From NCBI GenBank assembly GCA_037445065.1, contig JBBILD010000002.1, forward strand, positions 1 through 64,000: a DNA stretch of 64,000 nt. The letters run 5' to 3'. Origin of the DNA: Myxococcales bacterium. Its GTDB lineage: Bacteria > Desulfobacterota > Binatia > HRBIN30. A program made the position numbers and the translations under genes. Each line of letters opens with the position of its first letter. Positions within the stretch are counted from its first letter, which is position 1. Shown here piece by piece: positions 1-11,468 of the stretch. Under the pieces are notes generated by a model. The model saw only the letters and a program-made list of their open reading frames with translations. It made no database searches and had not been told where the DNA came from.

Positions 1-86
1 TTGCAATGGAGGAGGGGCTGCGCTTTGCCATTCGTGAAGGCGGCCGCACGGTGGGTGCCGGCGTTGTGGCAAAAATCCTGGAGTGA
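1..86 (+). CDS. tuf: Elongation factor Tu, C-terminal fragment (truncated by window edge)
   Basis: Frame from base 3 reads AMEEGLRFAIREGGRTVGAGVVAKILE-stop, the EF-Tu C-terminus; directly upstream of rpsJ. Confidence 0.97.
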   Translation, partial: AMEEGLRFAIREGGRTVGAGVVAKILE

Positions 87-130
87 GGTGAGGGATGCGG
101 TAGCTCCATGACGGTCCCCCAGGAGTGATC

Positions 131-439
131 ATGAATCAGCGGATTCGTATTAGACTCAAAGCGTACGACCACCGTTTGCTAGATGAGTCCGTTCGGGAAA
201 TTGTGGAAACGGTTCGGCAAACCGGGGGGAGGGTAGCTGGACCGGTGCCGCTGCCTACGCAGATTGAGCGATTCACTGTGAATCGCTCTCCGCACGTAGA
301 TAAGAAGTCCCGCGAGCAGTTTGAGATTCGGACTCACAAGCGAATGATTGATATTCTTGAACCGACTCCGCAAACGATCGATGCCCTCGGAAAGCTCGAC
401 CTTGCGGCGGGCGTCGATGTTGAAATCAAGCTTCGCTGA
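131..439 (+). CDS. rpsJ: 30S ribosomal protein S10
   Basis: [12 protein letters not shown]...[22 protein letters not shown] before ATG 131. Confidence 0.98.
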   Translation: MNQRIRIRLKAYDHRLLDESVREIVETVRQTGGRVAGPVPLPTQIERFTVNRSPHVDKKSREQFEIRTHKRMIDILEPTPQTIDALGKLDLAAGVDVEIKLR

Positions 440-508
440 CCTCTGGGGTTGTGGTGGTCGATGGCAATCTTCCCTGCTCGGATGTGCTGAGTCGAAGGAT
501 TGAGGGCG

Positions 509-1138
509 ATGTTGGGTTTAATAGGTCGCAAATTGGGCATGACTCAAGTATTTGCAGCCGATGGGACCCTGGTCCCTGTGACGTTGCTGCAGGTGGGGCC
601 ATGCCGGGTAGTTCAGGTAAAGTCTCGAGCCTCCGATGGGTATGAAGCGGTTCAGATCGGCTTTGGACAGAGGAAGGCGGCAGCTGTTTCGAGGGCCTAC
701 CGAGCGCACTGCGAACGCGCGGGTGGCGTATTTGAGGTGTTGATGGAAGTTCCAGTTGAGCCAGGTCGGACCGTCGCGTTAGGCGACGAGGTTCGCGCCA
801 GTGAGATTTTTCGCGTCGGTGATCTCGTGCACGTTACTGGTAGAAGCAAGGGGCGAGGGTTTGCGGGTGTGATGAAGCGTCACGGGTTCGGTGGTTTCCC
901 GGGCAGTCACGGTACACATGAGTATTTCCGGCATGGCGGATCCATTGGAAACCGATCGTTTCCGGGGCGAGTGTTCAAGGGGAAACGAATGGCTGGCCAC
1001 TACGGAGACGAACGCGTGACGGTGCGTAATTTGACGGTAGTGGGCGTTGAAGAAGACGGGGTGCTGTTGGTTAAAGGGGCAGTGCCCGGGGCGACGGGTT
1101 CGATCGTCTTGGTGACGCCATCGGATTGGGGGTCGTAG
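509..1138 (+). CDS. rplC: 50S ribosomal protein L3
   Basis: [32 protein letters not shown] motifs; operon position. Confidence 0.98.
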   Translation: MLGLIGRKLGMTQVFAADGTLVPVTLLQVGPCRVVQVKSRASDGYEAVQIGFGQRKAAAVSRAYRAHCERAGGVFEVLMEVPVEPGRTVALGDEVRASEIFRVGDLVHVTGRSKGRGFAGVMKRHGFGGFPGSHGTHEYFRHGGSIGNRSFPGRVFKGKRMAGHYGDERVTVRNLTVVGVEEDGVLLVKGAVPGATGSIVLVTPSDWGS

Positions 1139-1768
1139 ATGGCTCCGCAGCTTAGCGTGGTCCTTCGCAGAGCAAACGGGGAAGAGCTATCTGTCGACTT
1201 GCCGCCGGAAGTTTTTGGCGGTCCGATCCGCCGCCATTTGCTCTTTGAAGCTGTGCGGGCGTACTTAGCTGCGCGTCGTGCAGGAACTCATTCGACCAAG
1301 ACTCGTGGCGAGGTTAGTGGCGGAGGGAAAAAGCCCTGGCGGCAAAAGGGGACCGGACGGGCACGTGCAGGAAGCATTCGCTCCCCGCTTTGGGTTGGAG
1401 GTGCGACCGTTTTTGGCCCGAAACCTCGCGACTACGCTTATGCACTTCCCAAGAAAGCCCGGCGGGAAGCTATGCGTTCTGCGCTGGCGGCGAAATTACG
1501 CGCTGGTGCACTGATTCTGGTGGAGCGAATCGAGTTACCGGAAGCCAAAACAAGACAGATGGCTGCCTATCTGAAGTCGTTGGGCATAGAGCGCGGTTTG
1601 ATGGTTTTGTCGGAGCCCATTGACGCGGTGGTGCGGGCAGCGCGGAACCTGCCTGGCGTGGAAGTCGTGACCGCTGACGAACTGAGCGTCTACGATCTGC
1701 TGCGGCATCCGAAAGTCATCATGGTGGCTAGCGCTATTGAGCAATTGAAAAAGAGGTTGGGAAATTGA
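1139..1768 (+). CDS. rplD: 50S ribosomal protein L4
   Basis: [31 protein letters not shown] motif. Confidence 0.98.
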   Translation: MAPQLSVVLRRANGEELSVDLPPEVFGGPIRRHLLFEAVRAYLAARRAGTHSTKTRGEVSGGGKKPWRQKGTGRARAGSIRSPLWVGGATVFGPKPRDYAYALPKKARREAMRSALAAKLRAGALILVERIELPEAKTRQMAAYLKSLGIERGLMVLSEPIDAVVRAARNLPGVEVVTADELSVYDLLRHPKVIMVASAIEQLKKRLGN

Positions 1769-2058
1769 CTCTGGAAGCGGAAATTCAGTTGCTGCGGCGT
1801 CCAGTGATCACGGAAAAGACGACCGCGCTTCAGCAGCTAGGCCAATACGTGTTTGTTGTACCGCTAAAAGCAACAAAACACGACGTGCGACGGGCGGTGG
1901 AGCAAATGTTTGGCGTACGAGTGACCTCCGTTCGCACAGTGAATGTTTTACGAGTGCGGAGGCGGCTGCGGAGACCTGGGAAAACTCAGCAGCAGTGGAA
2001 AAAGGCGTACGTCCAGTTGGCTCCTGGCCAATCGATCGAGTTGTTTGATTTATCTTGA
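1765..2058 (+). CDS. rplW: 50S ribosomal protein L23
   Basis: RPVITEK...[11 protein letters not shown] start overlaps the rplD stop. Confidence 0.96.
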   Translation: MTLEAEIQLLRRPVITEKTTALQQLGQYVFVVPLKATKHDVRRAVEQMFGVRVTSVRTVNVLRVRRRLRRPGKTQQQWKKAYVQLAPGQSIELFDLS

Positions 2059-2069
2059 GGTTGAAACTC

Positions 2070-2891
2070 ATGGCGATTCGCGCTTACAAACCGACATCAC
2101 CCGGCCGGCGTTTTCAAACAAGCGTCGATCTCGGCTTCTTGACGAAAGTCGAGCCTGAGCGGCGGTTGCTGGAAGCAAAGAAGAGTACGGGAGGTCGAAA
2201 TAGCCTTGGGCGAATGACCGCAAGGCACCGGGGTGGCGGACACAAGCGGCTTTACCGAATTATCGACTTTCGCCGAGACAAAGACGGTGTCCCCGCGAGA
2301 GTAGTTTCAATCGAATACGATCCAAATCGGTCGGCAAACATCGCGCTGCTTTCGTATGCTGATGGGGATAAGCGGTACATCCTGAGTCCCGTCGGACTAG
2401 GAGTAGGACAGGTAGTTGTGTCGGGGTCGGATGCCGACGTGCGTCCCGGAAATGCGCTGCCCTTGCGGTCCATTCCGGTCGGGACGGTGGTTCACAACGT
2501 CGAGTTAAAGCCGGGACGAGGTGGGCAGCTTGGTCGTGCCGCTGGTGCGGCGATCCAATTAATGGCCAAGGAGGGAGATCGCGTTTTACTGAAAATGCCC
2601 TCCGGTGAGATCCGTTACGTCCATGCCAGTTGCAAAGCCACGATAGGTCAGGTTGGTAACCTCGATCACGAGAACGTTTCGATTGGGAAGGCTGGACGGG
2701 CTCGGTGGCTTGGTAGGCGGCCGCACGTCCGTGGCATTGCCATGAACCCGGTGGACCATCCGCATGGAGGTGGCGAGGGGCGGTCGAAGGGAAATCACCC
2801 GCAATCGCCATGGGGCCAGCCTGCTAAAGGCTTCAAAACGAGAAGGAATAAGAGAACCGAAAGGTTCATTGTTCAGCGCCGTTCGAAATAA
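2070..2891 (+). CDS. rplB: 50S ribosomal protein L2
   Basis: [22 protein letters not shown] motifs. Confidence 0.98.
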   Translation: MAIRAYKPTSPGRRFQTSVDLGFLTKVEPERRLLEAKKSTGGRNSLGRMTARHRGGGHKRLYRIIDFRRDKDGVPARVVSIEYDPNRSANIALLSYADGDKRYILSPVGLGVGQVVVSGSDADVRPGNALPLRSIPVGTVVHNVELKPGRGGQLGRAAGAAIQLMAKEGDRVLLKMPSGEIRYVHASCKATIGQVGNLDHENVSIGKAGRARWLGRRPHVRGIAMNPVDHPHGGGEGRSKGNHPQSPWGQPAKGFKTRRNKRTERFIVQRRSK

Positions 2892-2908
2892 GGTCGGGAT
2901 CTAAGAAA

Positions 2909-3202
2909 ATGGGGCGATCACTAAAAAAGGGTCCTTTCATCGATGCGCATCTCCTGAACAAGGTGCAGGCCTTGAATGCAGCCCGGGAGAAGAAGGTCAT
3001 TAAGACGTGGTCACGGAGGTCAACAATTAGTCCGGAGATGGTTGGCCACACATTCGCAGTGCATAACGGCCACAAGTTCATCCCGGTTTACGTAACCGAA
3101 AATATGGTTGGTCATAAACTCGGCGAGTTCGCGCCGACGCGCACATTTCATGGGCACTCTGGCGATCGAAAAGCAGAAGTGAAGAAAGCCGGGGGCAAGT
3201 AG
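2909..3202 (+). CDS. rpsS: 30S ribosomal protein S19
   Basis: [10 protein letters not shown]...[13 protein letters not shown]. Confidence 0.98.
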   Translation: MGRSLKKGPFIDAHLLNKVQALNAAREKKVIKTWSRRSTISPEMVGHTFAVHNGHKFIPVYVTENMVGHKLGEFAPTRTFHGHSGDRKAEVKKAGGK

Positions 3203-3232
3203 GCGGAGATCGAAAAAAGCTGGTGGGCGTTT

Positions 3233-3580
3233 ATGGAGCAGAGAGTCACATGTCGGTATATAAGGATCGCGCCTCGCAAGCTTCGTCTGGTAGCAGACAT
3301 GATCCGCGGGAAGAAAGCTGCAGAGGCGAAGGCAATTCTTCGCTTTCTTCCGAAACGGGGTGCCCGCGTTATCTCAAAGGCCATTGATGCAGCCATCGCC
3401 GGATTGGGCGAGCGAGGGCCGAAGATGGACTTGGACGAGACACTTGTTCGTACGATTTACGTGAACGAAGGTCCGACACTGAAGCGCTTCCTTCCTCGCG
3501 CGCATGGTCGGGCAACGCCGATTCGCAAGAGAACGAGTCATTTAACCATCGTGCTCGCCGCGCAAGGTGTGCCAGAGTAA
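3233..3580 (+). CDS. rplV: 50S ribosomal protein L22
   Basis: IAPRKLRLVAD...PRAHGRATPIRKRTSH. Confidence 0.97.
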   Translation: MEQRVTCRYIRIAPRKLRLVADMIRGKKAAEAKAILRFLPKRGARVISKAIDAAIAGLGERGPKMDLDETLVRTIYVNEGPTLKRFLPRAHGRATPIRKRTSHLTIVLAAQGVPE

Positions 3581-3607
3581 GCGTCTGGCGAGGATCTGGA
3601 GTTCTTT

Positions 3608-4270
3608 ATGGGTCAGAAAGTTCATCCAAAGGGTTTTCGTTTGGGTGTCATTGAGACGTGGGAATCGAGGTGGTACGCAAGGCGCGGTTACGCGGACTTC
3701 TTGCACGAGGATTTGCAGCTTCGTGAGCATCTCAAAAAGCAGCTTTTTCATGCTGGCATTGCGCAGATCGAAATTGAACGGTTTGCCAACAAGCTGAAGG
3801 TCAACATCCACACGGCGCGGCCAGGGATTGTTATCGGAAAGAAAGGTGCCGAGATCGAGCGACTGAAGGACGACATTACGCGCCTAACTTCTCGCGAAGC
3901 GTTCGTGAACGTGCATGAAGTCCGCCGCCCCGATCTAGAAGGCCAATTGGTGGCTGAGAACGTTGCTCTGCAGTTGGAGAGGCGTGTCGCATTTCGGCGT
4001 GCAATGAAGGAGGCAGTGAGCCGAGCGATGCGGATGGGGGCTCAAGGAGTCAAGATCCAGTGCGCGGGACGACTAGCGGGGGCAGAAATTGCGCGAACCG
4101 AGTGGTACCGAGAGGGGCGGGTGCCGTTACATACGCTGCGAGCAAGAATCAGCTACGGCTTTGCCGAGGCAAAGACGACTTATGGAGTTATTGGGATCAA
4201 GGCGTGGATTTTTAGAGGTGAGGTTTTAACGAAGGAGGATGCACGCCCGACGCCCATTGCCGGTAGCTAA
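3608..4270 (+). CDS. rpsC: 30S ribosomal protein S3
   Basis: [33 protein letters not shown]. Confidence 0.98.
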   Translation: MGQKVHPKGFRLGVIETWESRWYARRGYADFLHEDLQLREHLKKQLFHAGIAQIEIERFANKLKVNIHTARPGIVIGKKGAEIERLKDDITRLTSREAFVNVHEVRRPDLEGQLVAENVALQLERRVAFRRAMKEAVSRAMRMGAQGVKIQCAGRLAGAEIARTEWYREGRVPLHTLRARISYGFAEAKTTYGVIGIKAWIFRGEVLTKEDARPTPIAGS

Positions 4271-4290
4271 TCTTCCCCAGGAATAGAGCA

Positions 4291-4722
4291 ATGTTGCAAC
4301 CGAAAAAGACGAAGTACCGGAAGCAGCAAAAGGGACGTCGTCGAGGGATGGCCTGGCGTGGTAACACCTTGGCCTTCGGAGACTTCGGCCTGCAGGCTAC
4401 GGAGCGCGGTTGGGTTAGCGCTCGAGAGCTGGAGGCGGCCCGGGTCGCACTGACGCGTCACATTAAGCGTGGTGGCCGTGTGTGGGTGAGAGTGTTTCCA
4501 GATAAGCCGTTGACCAAGAAACCCGCAGAAACGCGAATGGGAAAAGGCAAGGGATCGCCGGAGAAGTGGGTGGCTGTGGTGAAGCCTGGTCGAATGCTGT
4601 TTGAGATGGAAGGCGTCTCAGAAGAAGTAGCGCGAGAAGCATTCCGGCTGGCCAGCCATAAGTTGTCTGTCGGGACACAGTTCCGAAGTCGGCTCGGTGG
4701 TGGAGGGATCCATGCCGGTTAA
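4291..4722 (+). CDS. rplP: 50S ribosomal protein L16
   Basis: [23 protein letters not shown]. Confidence 0.98.
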   Translation: MLQPKKTKYRKQQKGRRRGMAWRGNTLAFGDFGLQATERGWVSARELEAARVALTRHIKRGGRVWVRVFPDKPLTKKPAETRMGKGKGSPEKWVAVVKPGRMLFEMEGVSEEVAREAFRLASHKLSVGTQFRSRLGGGGIHAG

Positions 4723-4927
4723 AGATTTGCGCGAGCTGACCGACCAAGAACTTGAACAGCGTCTAAAAACAGCGCGGAGAGAGTTAGTGACGTTGAGACT
4801 GCGAAAAGGGGTGGGGCAGTTGGCGGACACGTCCGCCCTCGGGAAGGCTCGCAAGGAAGTAGCACGAATTCTGACAGTTATGCGTGAGCGGGCTCTTGTG
4901 AAGGCGGGGGAGAAGAAGCGTGGATAA
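4712..4927 (+). CDS. rpmC: 50S ribosomal protein L29
   Basis: [10 protein letters not shown]...[17 protein letters not shown]; operon position. Confidence 0.95.
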   Translation: MPVKDLRELTDQELEQRLKTARRELVTLRLRKGVGQLADTSALGKARKEVARILTVMRERALVKAGEKKRG

Positions 4928-5180
4928 ACCGAGAGGGCACCGTAAGCTTCGAGAAGGGGTGGTCGTGAGCGACCGGATGGATAAGACAGTTGTAGTGTCC
5001 GTCGAGAGACTGGTGCAGCACCCGAAGTACAAGAAGCGGGTGCGGCGACGAGCGAAGGTCAAAGCTCACGATGAAAAAAACGCGTGTAAGATTGGTGATC
5101 GGGTGCTGATTGTCGAAACGCGGCCATTGAGCCGCGAAAAGCGGTGGAGAGTGCAGGCGATTTTGGAGCGTGCGCGTTAA
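4920..5180 (+). CDS. rpsQ: 30S ribosomal protein S17
   Basis: [25 protein letters not shown]. Confidence 0.97.
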   Translation: MDKPRGHRKLREGVVVSDRMDKTVVVSVERLVQHPKYKKRVRRRAKVKAHDEKNACKIGDRVLIVETRPLSREKRWRVQAILERAR

Positions 5181-5242
5181 TCGTTACCGAGAGTTGGGGT
5201 CACAACCGGAACAGGTGATTTGTGGTTTAAGGTGGTAAGATC

Positions 5243-5611
5243 ATGATCCAGTCAGAAACTGTCTTAGAGGTCGCCGACAACTCTGGTGCGCGCAAGGTGT
5301 TGTGCATTAAGGTTCTCGGGGGTACGCGCCGACGGTATGCAAGGGTTGGGGACGTGATTGTTGTCTCGGTGAAAGACGCCCTCCCGAATTCAAAAGTGAA
5401 GAAAGGGGACGTGGCGCGAGCTGTGGTCGTGCGGACTGCAAAGGAAATAGGCCGTCCGGATGGGTCATTTATCCGGTTCGACAACAACGCCGCCGTTCTG
5501 ATTGACAATCAGAGGGAGCCAATTGGGACGCGTATCTTCGGCCCAGTCGCTCGAGAGCTGCGTGCGAAGCGTTTCATGAAAATTCTGTCTCTAGCACCCG
5601 AAGTGCTTTGA
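5243..5611 (+). CDS. rplN: 50S ribosomal protein L14
   Basis: [26 protein letters not shown]. Confidence 0.98.
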   Translation: MIQSETVLEVADNSGARKVLCIKVLGGTRRRYARVGDVIVVSVKDALPNSKVKKGDVARAVVVRTAKEIGRPDGSFIRFDNNAAVLIDNQREPIGTRIFGPVARELRAKRFMKILSLAPEVL

Positions 5612-5642
5612 GGACGTGCAGGGTTACGAGGTGGGCTGAAGC

Positions 5643-5960
5643 ATGCATGTTCGCAAAGGTGACCGAGTTCTTGTGGTTTCAGGAAAGGACAAGGGGAAAA
5701 GCAGCCGAGTGATTCGGTGTTTCCCCAAGGAAGAGAAAGTCATTCTGGAACGGTTGAATCTGGTTCGGCGGCACCACCGACCTCGCTCTCCAGGTGCGGG
5801 CGGCGGGATCCTGGAGAAGGAAGCTCCGATCCACGTGTCGAAGGTGAGGCTAATTTGCCCTCGCTGCGAAAAACCGACGCGGGTTGCTTACCAGCGAACG
5901 GCAAATGGAGAGAAGCTGCGACTGTGTAAGCGGTGCGGACACGAGATACAGGGTGAGTGA
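5643..5960 (+). CDS. rplX: 50S ribosomal protein L24
   Basis: [23 protein letters not shown]-terminal CPRC...CKRC. Confidence 0.97.
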   Translation: MHVRKGDRVLVVSGKDKGKSSRVIRCFPKEEKVILERLNLVRRHHRPRSPGAGGGILEKEAPIHVSKVRLICPRCEKPTRVAYQRTANGEKLRLCKRCGHEIQGE

Positions 5961-5964
5961 AAAC

Positions 5965-6507
5965 ATGCGGTCTCGTTTGCATCAGAAGTACGAGCGCGAA
6001 ATTGTGCCCAGGCTCATGAAGGAACTGGGGTATAAAAACCGGTTTCAAGTGCCGAGGTTGGAAAAGATCGTGATTAACGTGGGCCTTGGAGAAGCCATCC
6101 AAAACCCGAAACTGCTGGAGTCGGCCGTGAGCGGGTTGGCTGCCATAACAGGGCAAAAACCGGTGGCTACGCGGGCTCGCAAAGCGATAGCTAACTTCAA
6201 GCTCCGCCAGGGTATGGCCATAGGATGCATGGTAACCCTCCGAGGCGAGCGAATGTACGAGTTTTTTGACCGTCTCGTCAATGTGGCTCTTCCCAGAGTC
6301 CGTGATTTCAAGGGGGTTTCGGATCGGTCTTTTGACGGCCGTGGGAATTACTCGCTGGGGATCCGGGAGCAGACGATCTTTCCCGAGATTGATTTAGATT
6401 CGATTGAGACAGTCCATGGTATGACCGTCTGCATTGGAACAACCGCACGATCAGATGCGGAGGCCAGGTTTCTTTTGAAGGAGTTAGGGTTGCCATTTCG
6501 CGAGTAG
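5965..6507 (+). CDS. rplE: 50S ribosomal protein L5
   Basis: [29 protein letters not shown]. Confidence 0.98.
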   Translation: MRSRLHQKYEREIVPRLMKELGYKNRFQVPRLEKIVINVGLGEAIQNPKLLESAVSGLAAITGQKPVATRARKAIANFKLRQGMAIGCMVTLRGERMYEFFDRLVNVALPRVRDFKGVSDRSFDGRGNYSLGIREQTIFPEIDLDSIETVHGMTVCIGTTARSDAEARFLLKELGLPFRE

Positions 6508-6524
6508 CGAGTGGGGAGAATGAA

Positions 6525-6710
6525 ATGGCGAGAAAGTGCCTGAGAATCAAGGCGGAACGCAAGCCAAAGTTTGCGGTTCGAAGGAGAAACCGCTGCCCGC
6601 GCTGTGGGCGTGCGCGCGGCTTCTATAGAAAGTTTAAGCTTTGCCGGCTGTGTTTACGCGCACTGGCTCGGAGAGGGGAGATCCCGGGCTTAATTAAGGC
6701 CAGCTGGTGA
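6525..6710 (+). CDS. rpsN: 30S ribosomal protein S14, short zinc-binding (type Z) form
   Basis: 61 aa, RCPRCGR...LCRLC, GLIKASW. Confidence 0.97.
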   Translation: MARKCLRIKAERKPKFAVRRRNRCPRCGRARGFYRKFKLCRLCLRALARRGEIPGLIKASW

Positions 6711-6728
6711 CTCGGGAGACTAGCGAAA

Positions 6729-7130
6729 ATGTTGACTGATCCAATCGCGGATATGCTGACGCGCATCCGAAACGCTGTGCGTGCCCGTAAGGAGATGGTG
6801 GTTGTTCCGTCTTCCAAGATGAAGCGCCAGATTGCTCGGATCCTGCAGCAGGAGGGGTTTATTGCCCATTTCAACGAGGAGGGCGACGAGAAGGGGCCGC
6901 GACGAGTCCTTCAAATTACGCTCCTGTACGCGAATGGGAACGAACCGGTGATTAAGGAGATTCGAAGGATCAGCAAGCCAGGGCTGAGAGTGTATGTGGG
7001 TGTGGATGAAATTCCCCGAGTTCGTGGGGGGCTTGGCATTAGCATCCTGAGTACACCCAAAGGAGTGATAACGGACCGAGAGGCTCGGAAGCTGAGGGTG
7101 GGCGGGGAGTTGATTTGTTCGGTTTGGTGA
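6729..7130 (+). CDS. rpsH: 30S ribosomal protein S8
   Basis: DPIADMLTRIRNA, SKPGLRVY, GGELICSVW. Confidence 0.98.
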   Translation: MLTDPIADMLTRIRNAVRARKEMVVVPSSKMKRQIARILQQEGFIAHFNEEGDEKGPRRVLQITLLYANGNEPVIKEIRRISKPGLRVYVGVDEIPRVRGGLGISILSTPKGVITDREARKLRVGGELICSVW

Positions 7131-7137
7131 GGTGGCA

Positions 7138-7686
7138 ATGTCACGAATTGGAAACCAACCTGTCAATATTCCTCCTGGTGTCGCGCTAGAAATTGAGGGC
7201 AACATTTGCCGCGCGCGAGGCCCCAAGGGGGAGTTGAACTCAAAACTTCCTCCCAAAATAAAGGTCTTGGTGGAGGGTGGACAGTGTAAGGTCCAACGCC
7301 AAGGTGAAGATCGAACGGCGCGCGCGATGCACGGACTTGCTCAGAGAGTGATTGCCAACATGGTGGAGGGGGTATCGAAAGGTTTCAGGAAATCGCTCGA
7401 GATTGTAGGAGTTGGCTATCGAGCAGAGCTGAGAGGTCCGAACCAGTTGTACCTGACTCTTGGGTTTTCCCACCCGATTATCTTCCAATTGCCGGCGGGC
7501 GTGACTGCAGCAGTCGAGCGGCAGACACTGATAACGCTCGAAGGTGCTGACAAGCAGTTAGTGGGTGAAGTTGCCGCGATGATCCGTCGTCTGCGGCCGC
7601 CTGAACCTTATAAAGGCAAGGGTGTCCGATATGTTGGTGAGGTCTTGCGTCGCAAGGCAGGGAAAGCGGCCGGCGCGGGAGGATGA
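7138..7686 (+). CDS. rplF: 50S ribosomal protein L6
   Basis: MSRIG, GVGYRA, RPPEPYKGKGVRY. Confidence 0.98.
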   Translation: MSRIGNQPVNIPPGVALEIEGNICRARGPKGELNSKLPPKIKVLVEGGQCKVQRQGEDRTARAMHGLAQRVIANMVEGVSKGFRKSLEIVGVGYRAELRGPNQLYLTLGFSHPIIFQLPAGVTAAVERQTLITLEGADKQLVGEVAAMIRRLRPPEPYKGKGVRYVGEVLRRKAGKAAGAGG

Positions 7687-8054
7687 CAAAGATGGCGAGG
7701 GCAAAAAAGTTGACAGCGCGCCTTCGGAGACAGGCGAGGGTTCGCAAGAAGGTGCGAGGCACAGATGCTCGTCCCAGATTGTCCGTGTTTCGAAGCAACC
7801 GGCACCTTTATGTGCAGGCGATCTCCGACGAAAGTGGGCGGACTTTGGCTGCAGCATCGACTTTGTCGGCTGAGATTCGATCGGTTGCTCATGGGGCGAA
7901 TCGTGCATCGGCACGACTGGTTGGAGAAGCAATCGGAAAAAAGTGTAAGGAGTTGGGCATCACAAAGGTTGTGTTTGACCGGAATGGCTTCCTTTATCAC
8001 GGCAAGGTCCGTGAAATCGCCGAGGGAGCTCGCTCGGTTGGCTTAGAGTTCTAG
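7683..8054 (+). CDS. rplR: 50S ribosomal protein L18
   Basis: RPRLSVFRSN, VVFDRNGFLYHG. Confidence 0.98.
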   Translation: MTKMARAKKLTARLRRQARVRKKVRGTDARPRLSVFRSNRHLYVQAISDESGRTLAAASTLSAEIRSVAHGANRASARLVGEAIGKKCKELGITKVVFDRNGFLYHGKVREIAEGARSVGLEF

Positions 8055-8081
8055 TCCATCTCAAGGAGCGAAAGGCTACAC

Positions 8082-8609
8082 ATGGTACAAGGACGGTATC
8101 GTGAGCGCAGTGAGGCTGCGGGCTCCGAGTTCAAGGAGAAGGTGGTACGGGTTAACCGGGTCGCAAAAGTCGTAAAAGGGGGAAGGCGCTTTAGTTTTAG
8201 TGCGCTGGTTGTCGTGGGGGACGGTGCCGGCCGTGTGGGGTATGGATTGGGAAAGGCGAACGAGGTGCCTGAGGCCATTCGCAAGGGTGTGGAGGCGGCA
8301 AAGAAGAACTTAGTGTCGGTTCCCCTCACGCAGGGACTCTCCATTCCATACGAAGTGAAGGGCAAGTTTGGTGCCGGTGAAGTGCTGTTGAGGCCCGCGG
8401 CCGAGGGTACCGGGGTGATTGCTGGTGCCGGGGTCCGTGCGGTACTTGAGCTAGCTGGCGTTCAAAACATCCTCACCAAGTGTATCGGGTCGAACAACCC
8501 TCACAATGTTGTGAAGGCGACATTTGAAGCACTACGTCAGCTTCGCGATCCCGCAGAGGTTGCTAGGATGCGGGGCAAATCACTGGACGAACTCCTCGGG
8601 GCCGCGTGA
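8082..8609 (+). CDS. rpsE: 30S ribosomal protein S5
   Basis: [29 protein letters not shown]. Confidence 0.98.
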   Translation: MVQGRYRERSEAAGSEFKEKVVRVNRVAKVVKGGRRFSFSALVVVGDGAGRVGYGLGKANEVPEAIRKGVEAAKKNLVSVPLTQGLSIPYEVKGKFGAGEVLLRPAAEGTGVIAGAGVRAVLELAGVQNILTKCIGSNNPHNVVKATFEALRQLRDPAEVARMRGKSLDELLGAA

Positions 8610-8627
8610 TTCCTTGGAGCGTGCAAT

Positions 8628-8825
8628 ATGGCACAGGTAAGTTCGCAGAAACCGCTAGTTCGCTTGCGATTGAAGCGAGGGCTGGCTGGCTGCACTGGAC
8701 GCCAGCGAGCAACGGTTCGTGCCCTTGGGCTTAGGCGCGTGGGTGCAACTGTTGTCGTCCCCCGCTCCCCCGCCGTTGAAGGTAGAATTGCGAAGGTGCG
8801 TCACCTGGTCGAGGTGGTTGAATAA
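8628..8825 (+). CDS. rpmD: 50S ribosomal protein L30
   Basis: RATVRALGLRR...KVRHLVEV between rpsE and rplO. Confidence 0.94.
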   Translation: MAQVSSQKPLVRLRLKRGLAGCTGRQRATVRALGLRRVGATVVVPRSPAVEGRIAKVRHLVEVVE

Positions 8826-9277
8826 TGACGGATATCTCTCTGGCGAACTTGAGCCCTGCACGAGGGGCAAATCGCAAGCGTAAGCGCGTTGGGCGCGGCC
8901 CAGGCTCCGGTCACGGAAAGACGGCTGGTCGCGGTCACAAGGGAAAGGGTGCGCGCAGCGGTGGTAATACGCCGCCAGGGTATGAAGGCGGTCAGATGCC
9001 TCTGCAGCGTCGAGTACCGAAACGGGGATTCCGTTCTCTACGGAAAAAGTCGGTGCATGTCGTGAATCTGATAGACTTGGAGAAACGCTTTGCCGCAGGG
9101 GAGGTGGTAGACGTCGAAAAAATGGTGGCTGCAGGGCTGGTCCCGCGTCGGTGCGAGTGGGTTAAAGTTCTGGGTAAGGGCCAGCTGACAAAGCCGCTAG
9201 TGATTCGGGCTTCGCAGTTTAGCAGGGCTGCGCAGCAGCAGATTGAAACGGCTGGCGGAACTGCAGAGGTTGTCTAA
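8825..9277 (+). CDS. rplO: 50S ribosomal protein L15
   Basis: RVGRGPGSGHGKTAGRGHKG, EGGQMPL. Confidence 0.98.
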   Translation: MTDISLANLSPARGANRKRKRVGRGPGSGHGKTAGRGHKGKGARSGGNTPPGYEGGQMPLQRRVPKRGFRSLRKKSVHVVNLIDLEKRFAAGEVVDVEKMVAAGLVPRRCEWVKVLGKGQLTKPLVIRASQFSRAAQQQIETAGGTAEVV

Positions 9278-10588
9278 GTGTTTCAGGGCCTGCAAAACGC
9301 TGCGCGTATCCCCGAACTGCGCCGCCGGTTGGGCTTCACCCTTTTGATGCTCGCAGTGTACCGGGTTGGCGTTGCTGTGCCGACACCGGGAGTCGACGGT
9401 CGCGCGTTGGCAGATTTTTTCGAGACCATGGGTAATTCAATGCTCGGAATGGTCAACATGCTGTCCGGGGGCGCGCTCGAGCGGTTTTCGATCTTTGCTC
9501 TCGGGGTGATGCCATACATTAGTGCGTCGATCATCCTCCAACTGCTGACGGTCGTAGTGCCTCACCTTGAGAGGCTCTCGAAGGAAGGCGAACTCGGTCG
9601 ACGGAAGATCTCTCAGTACACTCGTTATGGGACTGTTTTACTGGCTCTTATTCAGGGAGCCTTTATCAGTGTGGGCCTGGAGCAGCTGACTTCTCCCTCG
9701 GGAAGTCCAGTTGTCTACAACCCGGGCTGGGCTTTCCGCGGTTTGACAGTGCTTACCCTGGCCACAGGTACCGTCTTTTTAATGTGGGTGGGCGAGCAAA
9801 TAACCGAACGGGGAATCGGAAACGGGATTTCCTTGATTATTTTTACAGGGATCGTCGCGGGTCTGCCTTCGGCTGTGGTTACCGTTCTAGAATTCGTCCG
9901 CGAAGGCGAGATGGGGGTTTTAGTCCTCGGGTTCTTACTTGTGTTCATGGCGTTGGTCGTCGGTTTCATCATTTTCATGGAGCGGGGCCAGCGCCGTATC
10001 CCGGTACACTACGCAAGGCGCGTGGTGGGTAAGCGGATGTACGGAGGCCAAACCTCTCATCTGCCTTTGAAATTAAACACGGCAGGGGTAATTCCGCCGA
10101 TTTTCGCGAGTTCGTTACTCGGTTTCCCTGCAACAATTGCGGCGTTTGTGGAACAGCCTTGGGCGAAAACGGTCGAATCCCTGTTGACTCCGGGTACCCT
10201 CGTATACGACCTTTTCTATGTCGGTTTAATCATCTTCTTTTGTTATTTTTACACAGCTGTGACTTTCAATACGTACGACGTAGCAGATAACATGAAGAAG
10301 TTCGGGGGGTACATTCCTGGAATCCGACCCGGGCAAAGGACAGCGGAGTACATTGACAGAGTGCTGACGCGCATTACTTTGATCGGCGCTTTGTACGTGT
10401 CCGCGGTGTGCGTTTTGCCCACCGTCCTGATCCAACAGTTCAACGTCCCGTTTTACTTTGGCGGTACGGCTTTACTCATTGTCATCGGAGTGGCACTAGA
10501 TTCTGTTGCTCAGATTGAGACGCAGATGCTGAGCAGAAACTACCAGGGATTTATGCGGCGTGGCCGGATTCGTGGGCGGCGCGGGTGA
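9278..10588 (+). CDS. secY: Preprotein translocase subunit SecY
   Basis: SIFALGVMPYISASII, GIGNGISLII, IPGIRPG; multi-pass hydrophobic. Confidence 0.98.
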   Translation: MFQGLQNAARIPELRRRLGFTLLMLAVYRVGVAVPTPGVDGRALADFFETMGNSMLGMVNMLSGGALERFSIFALGVMPYISASIILQLLTVVVPHLERLSKEGELGRRKISQYTRYGTVLLALIQGAFISVGLEQLTSPSGSPVVYNPGWAFRGLTVLTLATGTVFLMWVGEQITERGIGNGISLIIFTGIVAGLPSAVVTVLEFVREGEMGVLVLGFLLVFMALVVGFIIFMERGQRRIPVHYARRVVGKRMYGGQTSHLPLKLNTAGVIPPIFASSLLGFPATIAAFVEQPWAKTVESLLTPGTLVYDLFYVGLIIFFCYFYTAVTFNTYDVADNMKKFGGYIPGIRPGQRTAEYIDRVLTRITLIGALYVSAVCVLPTVLIQQFNVPFYFGGTALLIVIGVALDSVAQIETQMLSRNYQGFMRRGRIRGRRG

Positions 10589-10681
10589 CGCCTCGACAGT
10601 TGTAGCCTGCGAAAGCTGGCCTGTTGCACTGGATCGTTCCACCTTAGCGATAGGGAGACGCTGGCAGCGGTTCGTGAAACC

Positions 10682-11443
10682 ATGGTCTGTCTAAAGACGA
10701 GGGATGAAATTGAAATCATGCGTAAGGCCAACCGGATCGTTGCCACGATTCTAGAGCGCCTACAGCGGGAAGTGCGGCCGGGCATTTCAACGGGTGAATT
10801 GGATCGGATCGCGGAGGACTTGACGTTGTCCTTGGGTGCAAAGCCTGCGTTCAAAGGTTACCGAGTAAATGGCCGGGTCTTCCCACGCTCCGTGTGCATT
10901 TCCGTGAATGACGAAGTAGTGCATGGCATTCCGTCGGACTCTCGGGTGTTGAAAGAAGGTGATTTGGTTGGGCTGGACTTCGGCGTCTTTTACCAGGGCT
11001 TCTACGGCGACGCTGCGGTGACGGTTCCGGCGGGAGCCGTAGACGAGGAGGCTCTCCGGTTGATCGAGACTACCCGGCAAGCTCTTTGGGCGGGGATAGG
11101 GGAGATCAAACCTGGGCAGCGGCTCGGGGAAGTGTCAGCTGCGATCCAATCGGTTGTGGAAGCGGCGCATTTCTCTGTGGTGAGGGATTTTGTGGGCCAC
11201 GGAATCGGGCGCAATTTGCATGAAGACCCACAAGTGCCCAACTATGGCGAGCGCGGTAAGGGAATCAAGCTACGCGCCGGGATGGTGCTCGCAATTGAGC
11301 CAATGGTCAATGCTGGTTCGCCGAAGGTCGTTGTTCTGCCGGATGGCTGGACGGCCGTGACGGCCGACGGCAGCCGCTCGGCTCATTTTGAGCATTCGGT
11401 GGCCGTCACCGATGGCGGGCCAGATGTTTTAAGTGTATTATGA
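10682..11443 (+). CDS. map: Type I methionine aminopeptidase
   Basis: SVNDEVVHGIP, GHGIG, AIEPM, SAHFEH. Confidence 0.97.
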   Translation: MVCLKTRDEIEIMRKANRIVATILERLQREVRPGISTGELDRIAEDLTLSLGAKPAFKGYRVNGRVFPRSVCISVNDEVVHGIPSDSRVLKEGDLVGLDFGVFYQGFYGDAAVTVPAGAVDEEALRLIETTRQALWAGIGEIKPGQRLGEVSAAIQSVVEAAHFSVVRDFVGHGIGRNLHEDPQVPNYGERGKGIKLRAGMVLAIEPMVNAGSPKVVVLPDGWTAVTADGSRSAHFEHSVAVTDGGPDVLSVL

Positions 11444-11468
11444 CAGAATTTTGTGAGAGGTCCCAACG

